DNA of 55,203 bases, taken from assembly GCA_049653045.1 (NCBI GenBank), contig JBASFN010000140.1:1-55203 (forward strand). Direction: 5' to 3'. Source of the DNA: Alphaproteobacteria bacterium (GTDB lineage Bacteria; Pseudomonadota; Alphaproteobacteria; Micavibrionales; Micavibrionaceae). Position numbers and translations under genes: made by a program. Positions 8,704 through 18,355 of this stretch are shown piece by piece (position 1 is the first letter of the stretch; every line of letters starts with the position of its first letter). Below the pieces are notes generated by a model, which searched no databases, was not told where the DNA came from, and saw only the letters and a list, made by a program, of their open reading frames with translations.

Positions 8704-11343
8704 ATGATTACAAAGACAGATCAAACCAGAGCCCTTAGTTTGAGCACAGTGGCATTCACCCTGTGCTTTGCTGTGTGGACGATATTTTCAATTATCGGTG
8801 TCCAGATACAACAGGATATGGGGCTGACAGACACACAATTCAGTCTGTTGATCGGGACGCCGATCCTGACTGGCTCTTTGGTAAGACTCTTTTTTGGTAT
8901 CTGGGCCGATCAGTATGGGGGGCGCCCGATTTTTATGGCGGTTATGCTGTCATCCGCTTTTTTCACATGGTGCTTGACCTATGCGGATACGTACGAAATG
9001 TTGCTGCTGACGGCATTGGGTGTGGGCGTCGCCGGGGGAAGTTTCGTGGTCGGCATTGCCTATCTCTCAAAATGGTACGGTAAAGAACATCAGGGGACTG
9101 CGCTTGGTGTCTACGGAATGGGCAATATTGGTGCGGCGGTCACCAAATTTATAGCGCCCTTTGTCATGGTTTCCTATGGCTGGCATATGGTTGCGCAAGT
9201 ATGGGCAATATCATTAGTTATCATCGCGCTGCTATTCTGGTTCTTTACCAAGGACGAGCCTCAAATCCAGCAACAAAGGGCTGCAAAGACCGCCCCGAAA
9301 TCGATGTGGGAGTCCCTTAAACCTCTCAAGAAACTGCAAGTCTGGCGTTTCTCTCTTTACTACTTTTTTGTGTTTGGCGGCTTCGTTGCATTGGCACTAT
9401 GGCTGCCGCGCTATTATGTTGGCGTTTATGATCTGGATATTAAATCGGCAGGGATGCTGGCTGCTTCTTTTTCTATAGCGGCCTCATTGTTCCGCGCCGT
9501 AGGCGGGTACTTGTCTGATAAATATGGCGCGCGCTCGGTCATGTATTGGACGTTTCTTGTGAGTGCTATTTGCTGTTTTCTGTTGGCCTATCCGCAAACC
9601 GATTATGTCGTTCATGGAATTGATGGAAATATAGAATTCAGTTTTGGCTGGGGCTTTATCCCGTTCACAGTGATTGTGTTTGTGCTTGGTTTCTTTATGT
9701 CCTTGGGCAAGGCTGCAATCTATAAGCATATTCCTGTCTATTACCCGAATGATGTTGGATCGGTTGCGGGTATTGTTGGCCTGATTGGCGGCCTTGGCGG
9801 TTTTTTTCTCCCTCTTAGCTTTGGTCTGATGAATGACTATCTCAACGTCTGGACAAGTTGCTTCATGTTGCTTTTCGTACTGGTTACGATTGCGTTTTTA
9901 TGGATGCACGTTTCTATCCGCTTGATGGAGCGGGAACGCTACCCAGAACTGACAAAACCTGCCTTTTTCACCGAGATGGAGAAGAAACATGTTTTGAAAG
10001 TCTGGAAGCCCGAAGAGGACAGTTTCTGGCGCTCAGAAGGGCAAAAGATTGCCCGCCGTAATCTCTGGCTTTCCGTTCCGGCACTTTTCCTCGCTTTTGC
10101 CTTATGGATGGTATGGAGCGTTGTTGTGGTAAATCTCCCCAGAGTGGGTTTTGATTTTACGACGGAGCAGCTTTTCTGGCTTACGGCTTTGCCCGGACTG
10201 TCCGGCGCAACCTTGCGCATCTTCTATGCCTTCATGGTTCCTGTTTTTGGTGGGCGTCGTTGGACGGCGCTCAGTACCGGATCGCTTCTGATACCGGCCT
10301 TTGGTATCGGGATGGCGGTGCAGGATCCCTCAACGCCTTATTCGGTGTTTCTGATTTTGGCTTTGCTCTGTGGTTTCGGCGGTGGAAACTTCGCCTCCAG
10401 CATGGCCAATATTGCGTATTTTTTCCCTAAAAAAGAAAAAGGCAATGCTCTGGCTTTGAACGCCGGGCTCGGCAATCTGGGTGTCAGCGCTGTTCAGTTC
10501 CTTGTGCCGTTGGTGATTACGGTTGGTCTTTTTGGCGCTGTTGGCGGCGCTCCGCAACTGGCGGATGGAACAAGTCTTTGGATTCAAAATGCCGCCTATA
10601 TATGGATCCCGTTTATCGCCGTTTCGGCAATCCTGTCATGGTTTTATATGAATGATATTGCAGATGCCAAAGCCTCTTTGTCCAGCCAGATGGCGATCTT
10701 CCAGCGGAAACATAACTGGATTATGTGTGTTCTTTATATCGGAACATTCGGCTCTTTTATTGGGTTTTCCGCGGGGTTTCCGTTGCTGGCGAAGTCACAA
10801 TTTCCGGAGGTGAACTCTCTCCAGCTTGCCTTTATAGGCCCGCTTCTTGGTGCACTGTCCCGTGCGGGGAGTGGATGGATTTCAGATAAATTCGGCGGCG
10901 GACGTGTTACGCTTTGGGTGTTTGTAGCCATGATTGTTGGGGCGCTTGGTGTGTATTACTTCCTGACCATCAAGGATCATCCCATGGCATTCTACGGATT
11001 TTTCGGCATGTTCCTCGCCCTGTTCGTTACGACGGGCGTAGGGAATGCCTCTACTTTCCAGATGATCCCCTCCATTTTCTGGCAGGACAGAAAAAAAGCC
11101 CTGAAAGGCCAGCCGGAGGAAGACATTCGCAAGACCGCAGAAAGAGAATCTGCAGCCGTTATTGGGTTTAGCTCCGCTATCGGTGCTTTTGGGGCGTTCT
11201 TTATCCCCAAAAGCTACGGCACGTCGATTTCTCTGACGGGTGCGCCGGATGCGGCCTTGCTTGTTTTTGCGGGGTTCTATGCATTGTGCCTGTATTTAAC
11301 CTGGTATTTCTACATCAGAAAGAATGCGGAAATAAAATGCTGA
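8704..11343 (+). CDS. narK: fused NarK1-NarK2 nitrate/nitrite MFS transporter
   Basis: 879 aa, made of two tandem 12-TM MFS NNP-family halves. It lies directly upstream of narG. Confidence 0.9.
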   Translation: MITKTDQTRALSLSTVAFTLCFAVWTIFSIIGVQIQQDMGLTDTQFSLLIGTPILTGSLVRLFFGIWADQYGGRPIFMAVMLSSAFFTWCLTYADTYEMLLLTALGVGVAGGSFVVGIAYLSKWYGKEHQGTALGVYGMGNIGAAVTKFIAPFVMVSYGWHMVAQVWAISLVIIALLFWFFTKDEPQIQQQRAAKTAPKSMWESLKPLKKLQVWRFSLYYFFVFGGFVALALWLPRYYVGVYDLDIKSAGMLAASFSIAASLFRAVGGYLSDKYGARSVMYWTFLVSAICCFLLAYPQTDYVVHGIDGNIEFSFGWGFIPFTVIVFVLGFFMSLGKAAIYKHIPVYYPNDVGSVAGIVGLIGGLGGFFLPLSFGLMNDYLNVWTSCFMLLFVLVTIAFLWMHVSIRLMERERYPELTKPAFFTEMEKKHVLKVWKPEEDSFWRSEGQKIARRNLWLSVPALFLAFALWMVWSVVVVNLPRVGFDFTTEQLFWLTALPGLSGATLRIFYAFMVPVFGGRRWTALSTGSLLIPAFGIGMAVQDPSTPYSVFLILALLCGFGGGNFASSMANIAYFFPKKEKGNALALNAGLGNLGVSAVQFLVPLVITVGLFGAVGGAPQLADGTSLWIQNAAYIWIPFIAVSAILSWFYMNDIADAKASLSSQMAIFQRKHNWIMCVLYIGTFGSFIGFSAGFPLLAKSQFPEVNSLQLAFIGPLLGALSRAGSGWISDKFGGGRVTLWVFVAMIVGALGVYYFLTIKDHPMAFYGFFGMFLALFVTTGVGNASTFQMIPSIFWQDRKKALKGQPEEDIRKTAERESAAVIGFSSAIGAFGAFFIPKSYGTSISLTGAPDAALLVFAGFYALCLYLTWYFYIRKNAEIKC

Positions 11344-11356
11344 ATAAATGCGCCTC

Positions 11357-11370
11357 TTGATCTGAATCAA
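11357..11370. promoter_or_regulatory. FNR/CRP-type box TTGATCTGAATCAA upstream of narG
   Basis: Perfect palindrome 64 nt before the narG ATG. Confidence 0.75.
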
Positions 11371-11434
11371 GGGACGCTGTTGCAAAACCGTTAAAACTAA
11401 AAAGAAAGATAAAGAATCTTAAGGAGCCGTAGCG

Positions 11435-14400
11435 ATGAGCTATTTTATCGACCGCATCAGTTATTTCGCCCAGAACCGAGAGAAGTTCTCCAACGGCCAT
11501 GGCGTAACGACCGAAGAAAACAGAGCCTGGGAAAAGGCCTATCGGGATCGCTGGGCACATGACAAGATTGTCCGCTCTACTCACGGTGTGAATTGCACCG
11601 GTTCCTGCTCCTGGAAAATCTATGTGAAGAACGGCCTTATCACATGGGAAACCCAGCAGACGGATTATCCGCGTACACGGCCAGATCTTCCCAATCATGA
11701 GCCGCGCGGCTGTTCCAGAGGTGCGAGCTATAGCTGGTACATTTATTCCGCCAACCGTTTGAAATATCCGATGGTGCGTAAAAGGCTGTTAGAGCTATGG
11801 CGCCGTACAAAGAAGCAAGTTGGTGGGGATCCGGTTGAGGCATGGAAAACCATTCAGGCCGATCCAGTTTTACGCCAGTCCTATCAAAAGGTGCGCGGCC
11901 AGGGCGGCTTTGTCCGTGCCGGATGGGATGAAGCGAACGAAATTGTCGCTGCGGCCAATATTTATACAATCAAAGAACATGGCCCTGATCGCGTTATCGG
12001 GTTCTCGCCTATCCCTGCCATGTCGATGATTTCCTACGCTGCCGGCGCACGATACTTGTCCCTGATTGGCGGCGTATGCATGAGCTTTTATGACTGGTAT
12101 TGCGACCTGCCTCCTGCAAGTCCGCAGACATGGGGGGAGCAAACCGACGTACCGGAAAGTGCGGATTGGTATAATTCCGGCTTTATTATCATGTGGGGAT
12201 CAAATGTCCCGCAAACCCGTACACCCGACGCCCACTTCATGACTGAGGCGCGTTACAAGGGCACGCAAATTGTTACAATCACACCGGATTATTCAGAGGC
12301 CTCGAAATTCGGCGATATCTGGCTTAATCCGCGTCAGGGAACAGACGCCGCCCTTGGCATGGCGATGGGTCATGTGATCCTGAAAGAGTTTCATATCGAT
12401 AACCCTTCCGAATATTTTGATGATTATTGCCGTGCCTATACGGATATGCCGTTTCTGGTGAAACTTGAAAAACAGGGCGACCGCTTCGTTCCCGGGCGCA
12501 TGGTGCGGGCATCCGATTTCAAGGGCAATCTCGATGAAGATAATAATCCCGAATGGAAGACCGTCTGTTTCGATGAAGAAACCGGTAATATTACCGTGCC
12601 GACCGGTTCTATTGGCTTCCGCTGGGGAGAAGAGGGAAAATGGAACATTGTTCCGACCGATTCCAAAACGGGAGAGAATATTCGCCCACGCAAAACTTTG
12701 CTTGGCGATCATGATGATGTGCTCAAGGTCGGCTTCCCGTATTTCGGTGGCCAGACCCATGAAACCGGATATTTTGAACCTTCCGCCGGTGAGGATGTAC
12801 TGGATCGCAACATTCCGGTCAAATATCTGGATCTGAACGGCGAGAAAGTGGCCGTGGCCTGCGTGTTTGATCTGCTCTGCGCCAATTACGGTATCGCCCG
12901 TGAAGGCCTTGGCGGTGATAATGTGGCTTCCGGCTATGAAGATAATATCCCCTACACTCCCAAATGGCAGGAAAGCATCACCGGCGTTCCGGTAGAAAAA
13001 GTCATTCAGGTTGCAAGAGAATTTGCCAACAACGCCCATATCACCAAGGGTAAGTCGATGATCATCATCGGGGCGGCGATGAACCACTGGTATCACATGG
13101 ATATGAATTACCGCGCGGCTATCAATATGCTGGCTTTCTGTGGTTGTATCGGTCAATCCGGCGGCGGATGGTCGCATTATGTCGGGCAAGAAAAACTGCG
13201 TCCACAGACAGGCTGGACACCGCTTGCTTTTGCCCTTGATTGGGTACGTCCGCCGCGCCAGCAAAACTCAACATCGTTCTTCTATGCTCATACGGATCAA
13301 TGGCGTTATGAAACGCTGGACGTTGACGAAGTTCTTTCCCCTCTTGCGGATAAAGAAAAATGGAAAGGTTCGCTGATTGATTGCAATATCCGCGCCGAGC
13401 GGATGGGCTGGCTACCGTCCGCCCCGCAGCTTGAAGAAAATCCGATTGATCTGGTAAAACAGGCTGAGAACAAAAAGGTTGATCCTGTTGACTACGTCGT
13501 GGATCGTTTAAAATCCGGTGATCTGCGCATGTCCTGCGAAGATCCGGATAATCCGAAAAACTGGCCACGCAACATGTTTGTCTGGCGCTCCAATATTCTG
13601 GGCTCTTCCGGTAAGGGTCATGAATATTTCCTCAAACATTTCCTTGGCACACAACACGGCGTTCAAGGCAAGGATCTGGGTGATGAAGGTCCCGGAAAAT
13701 GCAGCGAAGTTGTCTGGCATGACGAAGCGCCGGAAGGTAAGCTGGATCTGGTGGTCACGCTTGATTTCCGTATGTCCACGACGTGTGTCTATTCGGATAT
13801 TGTTCTGCCAACAGCGAGTTGGTATGAGAAAAATGATCTTAATACGTCTGATATGCATCCGTTCATTCACCCGCTATCCAAGGCAATTGATCCGGTCTGG
13901 CAAAGCAAATCAGACTGGGAAATTTATAAAGGTTTTGCCAAGAAATTCTCTGAACTTTGCGAAGGGCATCTGGGCGTTGAGAAGGAAATTGTTCTTAACC
14001 CGATCCAGCACGATACGCCGGGCGAACTTGCCCAGCCTGATGTGAAAGAATGGCGCAAAGGTGAGTGTGATTTGATCCCGGGTAAAACTGCGCCCAGCAT
14101 GAAAGTGGTCGAGCGCGATTATCCAGCTACATTTGATCGCTTCACATCGCTTGGCCCGCTATTGGAAAAACTGGGCAATGGCGGCAAAGGGATTGGCTGG
14201 AACACTGATCATGAAGTGGACTTCCTGAAAAAGCTTAACGGTGAGCGGGATGGACGCGCCAAAATCGATACGGATATCGATGCGTGTGAGATGGTTTTAT
14301 CGCTGGCGCCAGAAACCAACGGTGAAGTGGCGGTTAAAGCCTGGAGTGCCTTGAGCAAGATTACGGGACGCGATCACACGCATCTGGCCTTGCCCAAGCA

Positions 14401-15163
14401 AGAGGAGAAAATCCGCTTTCGCGATATTCAGGCGCAGCCGCGCAAAATTATCAGCTCCCCCACATGGAGCGGCCTTGAATCAGAGCATGTTTCCTACACG
14501 GCAAACTACACAAACGTGCACGAATTTATTCCTTGGCGTACGCTGACAGGCCGCCAGCAGCTTTATCAGGATCACCCTTGGATGGTTGATTTTGGCGAAG
14601 CGCTGGTTTCCTATCGCCCGCCAATCAATACGCGCACTGTCCAGAACATGCTGGACAAGCACGGGGAGGAATCACCGACGATCCTGCTTAATTTTATTAC
14701 GCCGCACCAGAAATGGGGGATTCACTCCACCTATACGGATAATCTGCACATGCTGACATTGTCACGCGGCGGGCCGATTGTCTGGGTCAGTGAAGTCGAT
14801 GCCAATAAAATAGGCATTAAAGACAATGACTGGTTGGAAGTTTTCAATACGAACGGCGCAATCGTCGCGCGGGCGGTTGTATCCCAGCGTGTCAATGAAG
14901 GCATGATGCTGATGTATCACGCGCAGGAAAAACTGGTGCATACACCGGGCAGTAAAATTACCAATGCGCGCGGCGGCATTCACAATTCCGTCACACGGGC
15001 AACGATCAAACCAACACATATGATCGGCGCTTATGCCCAGCTTTCTTACGGATTTAACTATTACGGAACCGTTGGCTCCAACCGCGATGAGTTCGTTATT
15101 GTCCGTAAAATGGACAAGGTGGACTGGATGGATGAACCGGCTCAAGTGGAGGCAGCAGAATAA
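11435..15163 (+). CDS. narG: respiratory nitrate reductase alpha subunit NarG
   Basis: 1242 aa. The N-terminal FS0 motif HGVNCTGSCSWKIY is present, the protein has Mo-bisPGD enzyme architecture, and an AAGGAG Shine-Dalgarno precedes the start. Confidence 0.97.
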   Translation: MSYFIDRISYFAQNREKFSNGHGVTTEENRAWEKAYRDRWAHDKIVRSTHGVNCTGSCSWKIYVKNGLITWETQQTDYPRTRPDLPNHEPRGCSRGASYSWYIYSANRLKYPMVRKRLLELWRRTKKQVGGDPVEAWKTIQADPVLRQSYQKVRGQGGFVRAGWDEANEIVAAANIYTIKEHGPDRVIGFSPIPAMSMISYAAGARYLSLIGGVCMSFYDWYCDLPPASPQTWGEQTDVPESADWYNSGFIIMWGSNVPQTRTPDAHFMTEARYKGTQIVTITPDYSEASKFGDIWLNPRQGTDAALGMAMGHVILKEFHIDNPSEYFDDYCRAYTDMPFLVKLEKQGDRFVPGRMVRASDFKGNLDEDNNPEWKTVCFDEETGNITVPTGSIGFRWGEEGKWNIVPTDSKTGENIRPRKTLLGDHDDVLKVGFPYFGGQTHETGYFEPSAGEDVLDRNIPVKYLDLNGEKVAVACVFDLLCANYGIAREGLGGDNVASGYEDNIPYTPKWQESITGVPVEKVIQVAREFANNAHITKGKSMIIIGAAMNHWYHMDMNYRAAINMLAFCGCIGQSGGGWSHYVGQEKLRPQTGWTPLAFALDWVRPPRQQNSTSFFYAHTDQWRYETLDVDEVLSPLADKEKWKGSLIDCNIRAERMGWLPSAPQLEENPIDLVKQAENKKVDPVDYVVDRLKSGDLRMSCEDPDNPKNWPRNMFVWRSNILGSSGKGHEYFLKHFLGTQHGVQGKDLGDEGPGKCSEVVWHDEAPEGKLDLVVTLDFRMSTTCVYSDIVLPTASWYEKNDLNTSDMHPFIHPLSKAIDPVWQSKSDWEIYKGFAKKFSELCEGHLGVEKEIVLNPIQHDTPGELAQPDVKEWRKGECDLIPGKTAPSMKVVERDYPATFDRFTSLGPLLEKLGNGGKGIGWNTDHEVDFLKKLNGERDGRAKIDTDIDACEMVLSLAPETNGEVAVKAWSALSKITGRDHTHLALPKQEEKIRFRDIQAQPRKIISSPTWSGLESEHVSYTANYTNVHEFIPWRTLTGRQQLYQDHPWMVDFGEALVSYRPPINTRTVQNMLDKHGEESPTILLNFITPHQKWGIHSTYTDNLHMLTLSRGGPIVWVSEVDANKIGIKDNDWLEVFNTNGAIVARAVVSQRVNEGMMLMYHAQEKLVHTPGSKITNARGGIHNSVTRATIKPTHMIGAYAQLSYGFNYYGTVGSNRDEFVIVRKMDKVDWMDEPAQVEAAE

Positions 15164-16791
15164 TGAAAATACGCGCACAAATTGGTATGGTGCTCAATCT
15201 CGATAAATGTATCGGCTGTCATACCTGCTCCGTCACTTGCAAGAATGTCTGGACATCCCGCGAAGGGGTTGAATATGCCTGGTTTAACAATGTTGAAACC
15301 AAGCCGGGCGTTGGATATCCCAAAGATTGGGAAAATCAGGAAAAATGGAAAGGTGGCTGGGAACTCCATAAAAACGGGAAAATCCATCCCAAGCAAGGAA
15401 GCCGTTGGCGCATTCTGGCCAATATTTTCGGCAACCCGAGCATGCCGGAAATCGATGATTATTACGAACCGTTCACGTTTGATTACGATCATCTGCAAAA
15501 AGCACCAGAGATGAAAACCATGCCAACAGCGCGGCCTCGTTCACTGATCACAGGGCAACGCATGGAAAAAATCGAATGGGGGCCGAACTGGGAAGAAATT
15601 TTAGGGACGGAATTCGAACATCGCCGCAAGGATTACAATTTCAAAGACATTGAAGAAGAAATGTATGGAGAGTTTGAAAATACATTCATGATGTATCTGC
15701 CTCGCTTGTGTGAGCATTGTATTAATCCAACGTGCGTTGCTTCTTGTCCGTCCGGCTCCATCTATAAACGTGAAGAAGATGGCGTTGTCCTCATTGATCA
15801 GGACAAATGCCGTGGCTGGCGCATGTGCGTGTCGGGCTGTCCTTACAAGAAAATTTATTACAACTGGAAAACTGGCAAGGCCGAGAAATGCACGCTTTGT
15901 TATCCACGTCTTGAAAATGGCGAGCCAACTGTCTGTTCTGAAACCTGTGTCGGGCGTATTCGTTACCTTGGGGTCATTCTTTATGACGCTGACCGTATTG
16001 AAGAGGCGGCGAGCGTTCCCAATGAAGAAGATTTATATGAGGCGCAGCTTGGCATTTTTCTGAACCCACACGATCCGGAAATCATCGCGGAAGCGCGTAA
16101 ACAAGGTATTCCTGAGAACTGGATTGAGGGTGCACAAAACTCTCCTATTTATAAAATGGTAATGGACTGGAAAGTGGCGTTCCCGCTTCACCCGGAATAT
16201 CGCACCTTGCCGATGGTCTGGTATATTCCGCCGCTGTCTCCGGTTCAATCTGCGGCGGCGCAGGGAAAAATCGCAACCAAAGACGGTATTATGCCGGATC
16301 TGGATGATATGCGCATTCCGGTTAAATATCTGGCCAATATGCTGACGGCCGGCAAAGTAGAGCCTGTGCGTCTTGGTCTTAAACGTATGATGGCGATGCG
16401 CCATTATATGCGCGGCAAGATGATTGAAGGCAAGGATAACTCCGGCATTTTGGAAGAAGTCGGTCTGACGCCGGAATTGGTCGAAGACATGTATAAAATC
16501 ATGGCGATTGCCAATTATGAAGATCGTTACGTCATCCCGACAAGTCACCGTGAAGAAACGTTGGATGCCTTTGGCGAGAGCGGCGGATGCGGCTTCAGCT
16601 TCGGCAATGGCTGTTCTGACCACAGCCACAGCGCGATTGATTTGTTTGAAAATCCTAAACAGTCACGTGGCCAGTCCGGCAGCACAAAAAGCAATCGTGT
16701 GAATACGATTTTCGAACGTGACAAGTATGAAGACATTGGGAAAAAGCATACCGGATGTGGCGGCGGTTCTTGCGGCGGCGGTTGTGGTTGA
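15163..16791 (+). CDS. narH: respiratory nitrate reductase beta subunit NarH (with Cys/Gly C-terminal extension)
   Basis: Four ferredoxin-type Cys clusters are present (CIGCHTCSVTC, CEHCINPTCVASC, CRGWRMCVSGC, CTLCYPR...CSETC). The start overlaps the narG stop. The protein carries an extra tail ending GCGGGSCGGGCG. Confidence 0.97.
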   Translation: MKIRAQIGMVLNLDKCIGCHTCSVTCKNVWTSREGVEYAWFNNVETKPGVGYPKDWENQEKWKGGWELHKNGKIHPKQGSRWRILANIFGNPSMPEIDDYYEPFTFDYDHLQKAPEMKTMPTARPRSLITGQRMEKIEWGPNWEEILGTEFEHRRKDYNFKDIEEEMYGEFENTFMMYLPRLCEHCINPTCVASCPSGSIYKREEDGVVLIDQDKCRGWRMCVSGCPYKKIYYNWKTGKAEKCTLCYPRLENGEPTVCSETCVGRIRYLGVILYDADRIEEAASVPNEEDLYEAQLGIFLNPHDPEIIAEARKQGIPENWIEGAQNSPIYKMVMDWKVAFPLHPEYRTLPMVWYIPPLSPVQSAAAQGKIATKDGIMPDLDDMRIPVKYLANMLTAGKVEPVRLGLKRMMAMRHYMRGKMIEGKDNSGILEEVGLTPELVEDMYKIMAIANYEDRYVIPTSHREETLDAFGESGGCGFSFGNGCSDHSHSAIDLFENPKQSRGQSGSTKSNRVNTIFERDKYEDIGKKHTGCGGGSCGGGCG

Positions 16792-16815
16792 TCAATTAAG
16801 AAAGGACGAAAGATC

Positions 16816-16977
16816 ATGAATATCTTTAAAAAATCGAATTCTGAAAACAAAAAACAAGACACAAAAAAAGAAAGTGTCCCTGACAATAAGAAACAACAGG
16901 ACACACAAAAGCCTGACCCGCATGCTAATGGCGGATGTTGCGGCTCTTGCGGGGGACAACAAGGAAAAGGCTCATGA
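16816..16977 (+). CDS. 53-aa Lys-rich micro-protein with C-terminal GGCCGSCGG motif
   Basis: This ORF is hand-translated and is below the track cutoff. An AAAGGA Shine-Dalgarno lies 9 nt upstream. Its stop overlaps the narJ ATG (ATGA), and it fills an otherwise unexplained 182-nt narH-narJ gap. Confidence 0.5.
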   Translation: MNIFKKSNSENKKQDTKKESVPDNKKQQDTQKPDPHANGGCCGSCGGQQGKGS

Positions 16978-17681
16978 GAACGCTTAAAATACTGGGATTT
17001 CTACTCACCTATCCTTCCGAGTCTCATAAAGAGGTTCTGGATGAGTGCTATAATTTCCTAAAAAATGAAAAGTGGGTTTCTGAAAAAGCACTCCGTTCTC
17101 TTGAATTGTTTCTCGAAGAGATGCGTGCCACCGATCTTCTTGATTTACAGGAAGCTTACGTTGCTTTATTTGACCGTACGCCATCCTTGTCGCTGCATTT
17201 ATTTGAGCATATTCACGGTGACTCACGCGAACGTGGGCAGGCTTTGGTTGATTTGACCAAAGTCTATGAAGAAGCCGGTTTATTGATTAATACCGATGAA
17301 ACCCCTGACTATTTGCCGCTATTTCTGGAATATGTATCAACCCTGCCGCCGGAAGATACCAAAGAAAATTTAGGCAGTGTGGTTAATATTCTTTCCGCCA
17401 TGGGAGAACGCCTGAAAAACCGAGAATCACAGTATGCCGCCGTGTTTGAAACACTGGTAGAAACAGCAGCGCGTAAGCCTGATCCGAAGGCGGTAGAGAT
17501 TGCGCTTCAGAAAGCTTCGGGGGCAGCATACGACCTTGAAAAACTTGACGCGGAATGGGAAGAGCAATTCGCGTTTGAGAATACAGAACAAACAACCGGC
17601 CAGAATAGCGGCTGTCCGAAAGCCGAAGATATGCTGGCGCGTATCAATGGTTATAAGGAAGAGGAAAGGGTTAAAAAATGA
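16974..17681 (+). CDS. narJ: nitrate reductase molybdenum cofactor assembly chaperone NarJ
   Basis: MRTLKILGFLLTYPSE parallels the E. coli NarJ N-terminus (MIELVIVSRLLEYPD). It lies between narH and narI. The ATG at 16974 is preferred over the ATG at 16935. Confidence 0.9.
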   Translation: MRTLKILGFLLTYPSESHKEVLDECYNFLKNEKWVSEKALRSLELFLEEMRATDLLDLQEAYVALFDRTPSLSLHLFEHIHGDSRERGQALVDLTKVYEEAGLLINTDETPDYLPLFLEYVSTLPPEDTKENLGSVVNILSAMGERLKNRESQYAAVFETLVETAARKPDPKAVEIALQKASGAAYDLEKLDAEWEEQFAFENTEQTTGQNSGCPKAEDMLARINGYKEEERVKK

Positions 17682-18355
17682 TAGATTACTTCCTGTTTCA
17701 AATTTTTCCGTATATTGCGATCATCGTTTTCTTACTGGGCAGTATTCTGCGATTTGACCGTGATCCTTATTCCTGGCGCAGTAAATCCTCACAACTGTTG
17801 CGCCGCAAGCAGCTGATTATCGGCAGTATCCTCTTTCACCTCGGCATATTAGTTATTTTAGCCGGGCACGCGGTCGGATTACTGACACCGATTTCTGTGT
17901 TTGATGCGCTGGGTATTTCCCATGGGGCAAAACAGATTCTTGCTATTACCGCAGGGGGGATTGCCGGTGTTTTCTGTTTTATCGGCCTTTTGTTACTCCT
18001 TCATCGCCGCTTGTTTGATCCGCGTATCCGGATTAACAGTTCGTTTGCGGATATTATGGTTCTGGTCTTGCTGCTTGCTCAATTAACATTGGGTATGTTG
18101 ACTATTCCGGTTTCCATGCACCATCTGGATGGCCATGAAATGGTGAAGTTCATGGAATGGGCACAGCATATTGTGACATTCCGTGGCGGCGCGTATGAAT
18201 ATATTGCTGATGTTGCCCTGGTCTTCAAGGCGCATATCACGCTTGGGTTATTCCTACTGGTCATTTTCCCGTTCACAAGGCTGGTTCACGCCTTGAGCGC
18301 TCCGGTTGGTTACGTTTTCCGTCCCTATCAAATCGTTCGCAAGAGAGCCACGTAA
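17678..18355 (+). CDS. narI: respiratory nitrate reductase gamma subunit NarI
   Basis: 225 aa with 5 TM segments and conserved heme-ligand His residues. It is joined to narJ by an ATGA overlap. Confidence 0.95.
   Translation: MIDYFLFQIFPYIAIIVFLLGSILRFDRDPYSWRSKSSQLLRRKQLIIGSILFHLGILVILAGHAVGLLTPISVFDALGISHGAKQILAITAGGIAGVFCFIGLLLLLHRRLFDPRIRINSSFADIMVLVLLLAQLTLGMLTIPVSMHHLDGHEMVKFMEWAQHIVTFRGGAYEYIADVALVFKAHITLGLFLLVIFPFTRLVHALSAPVGYVFRPYQIVRKRAT

Noticed and set aside
12293-13264. 323-aa minus-strand ORF inside narG, plus several other long antisense ORFs in narG, narH, narK and the MCP gene (e.g. 16033-16629, 29144-29731)
   Set aside because: They lie entirely antisense to, or out of frame within, genes with unambiguous conserved motifs. 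Their translations are low-complexity with no recognisable domains. They are typical shadow ORFs.
16545-16904. 119-aa minus-strand ORF covering the NarH tail and the micro-ORF region
   Set aside because: Its proline- and low-complexity-rich translation is generated by the complement of the Gly/Cys-coding GC-rich repeats. The plus-strand micro-ORF has the Shine-Dalgarno and the ATGA coupling instead.
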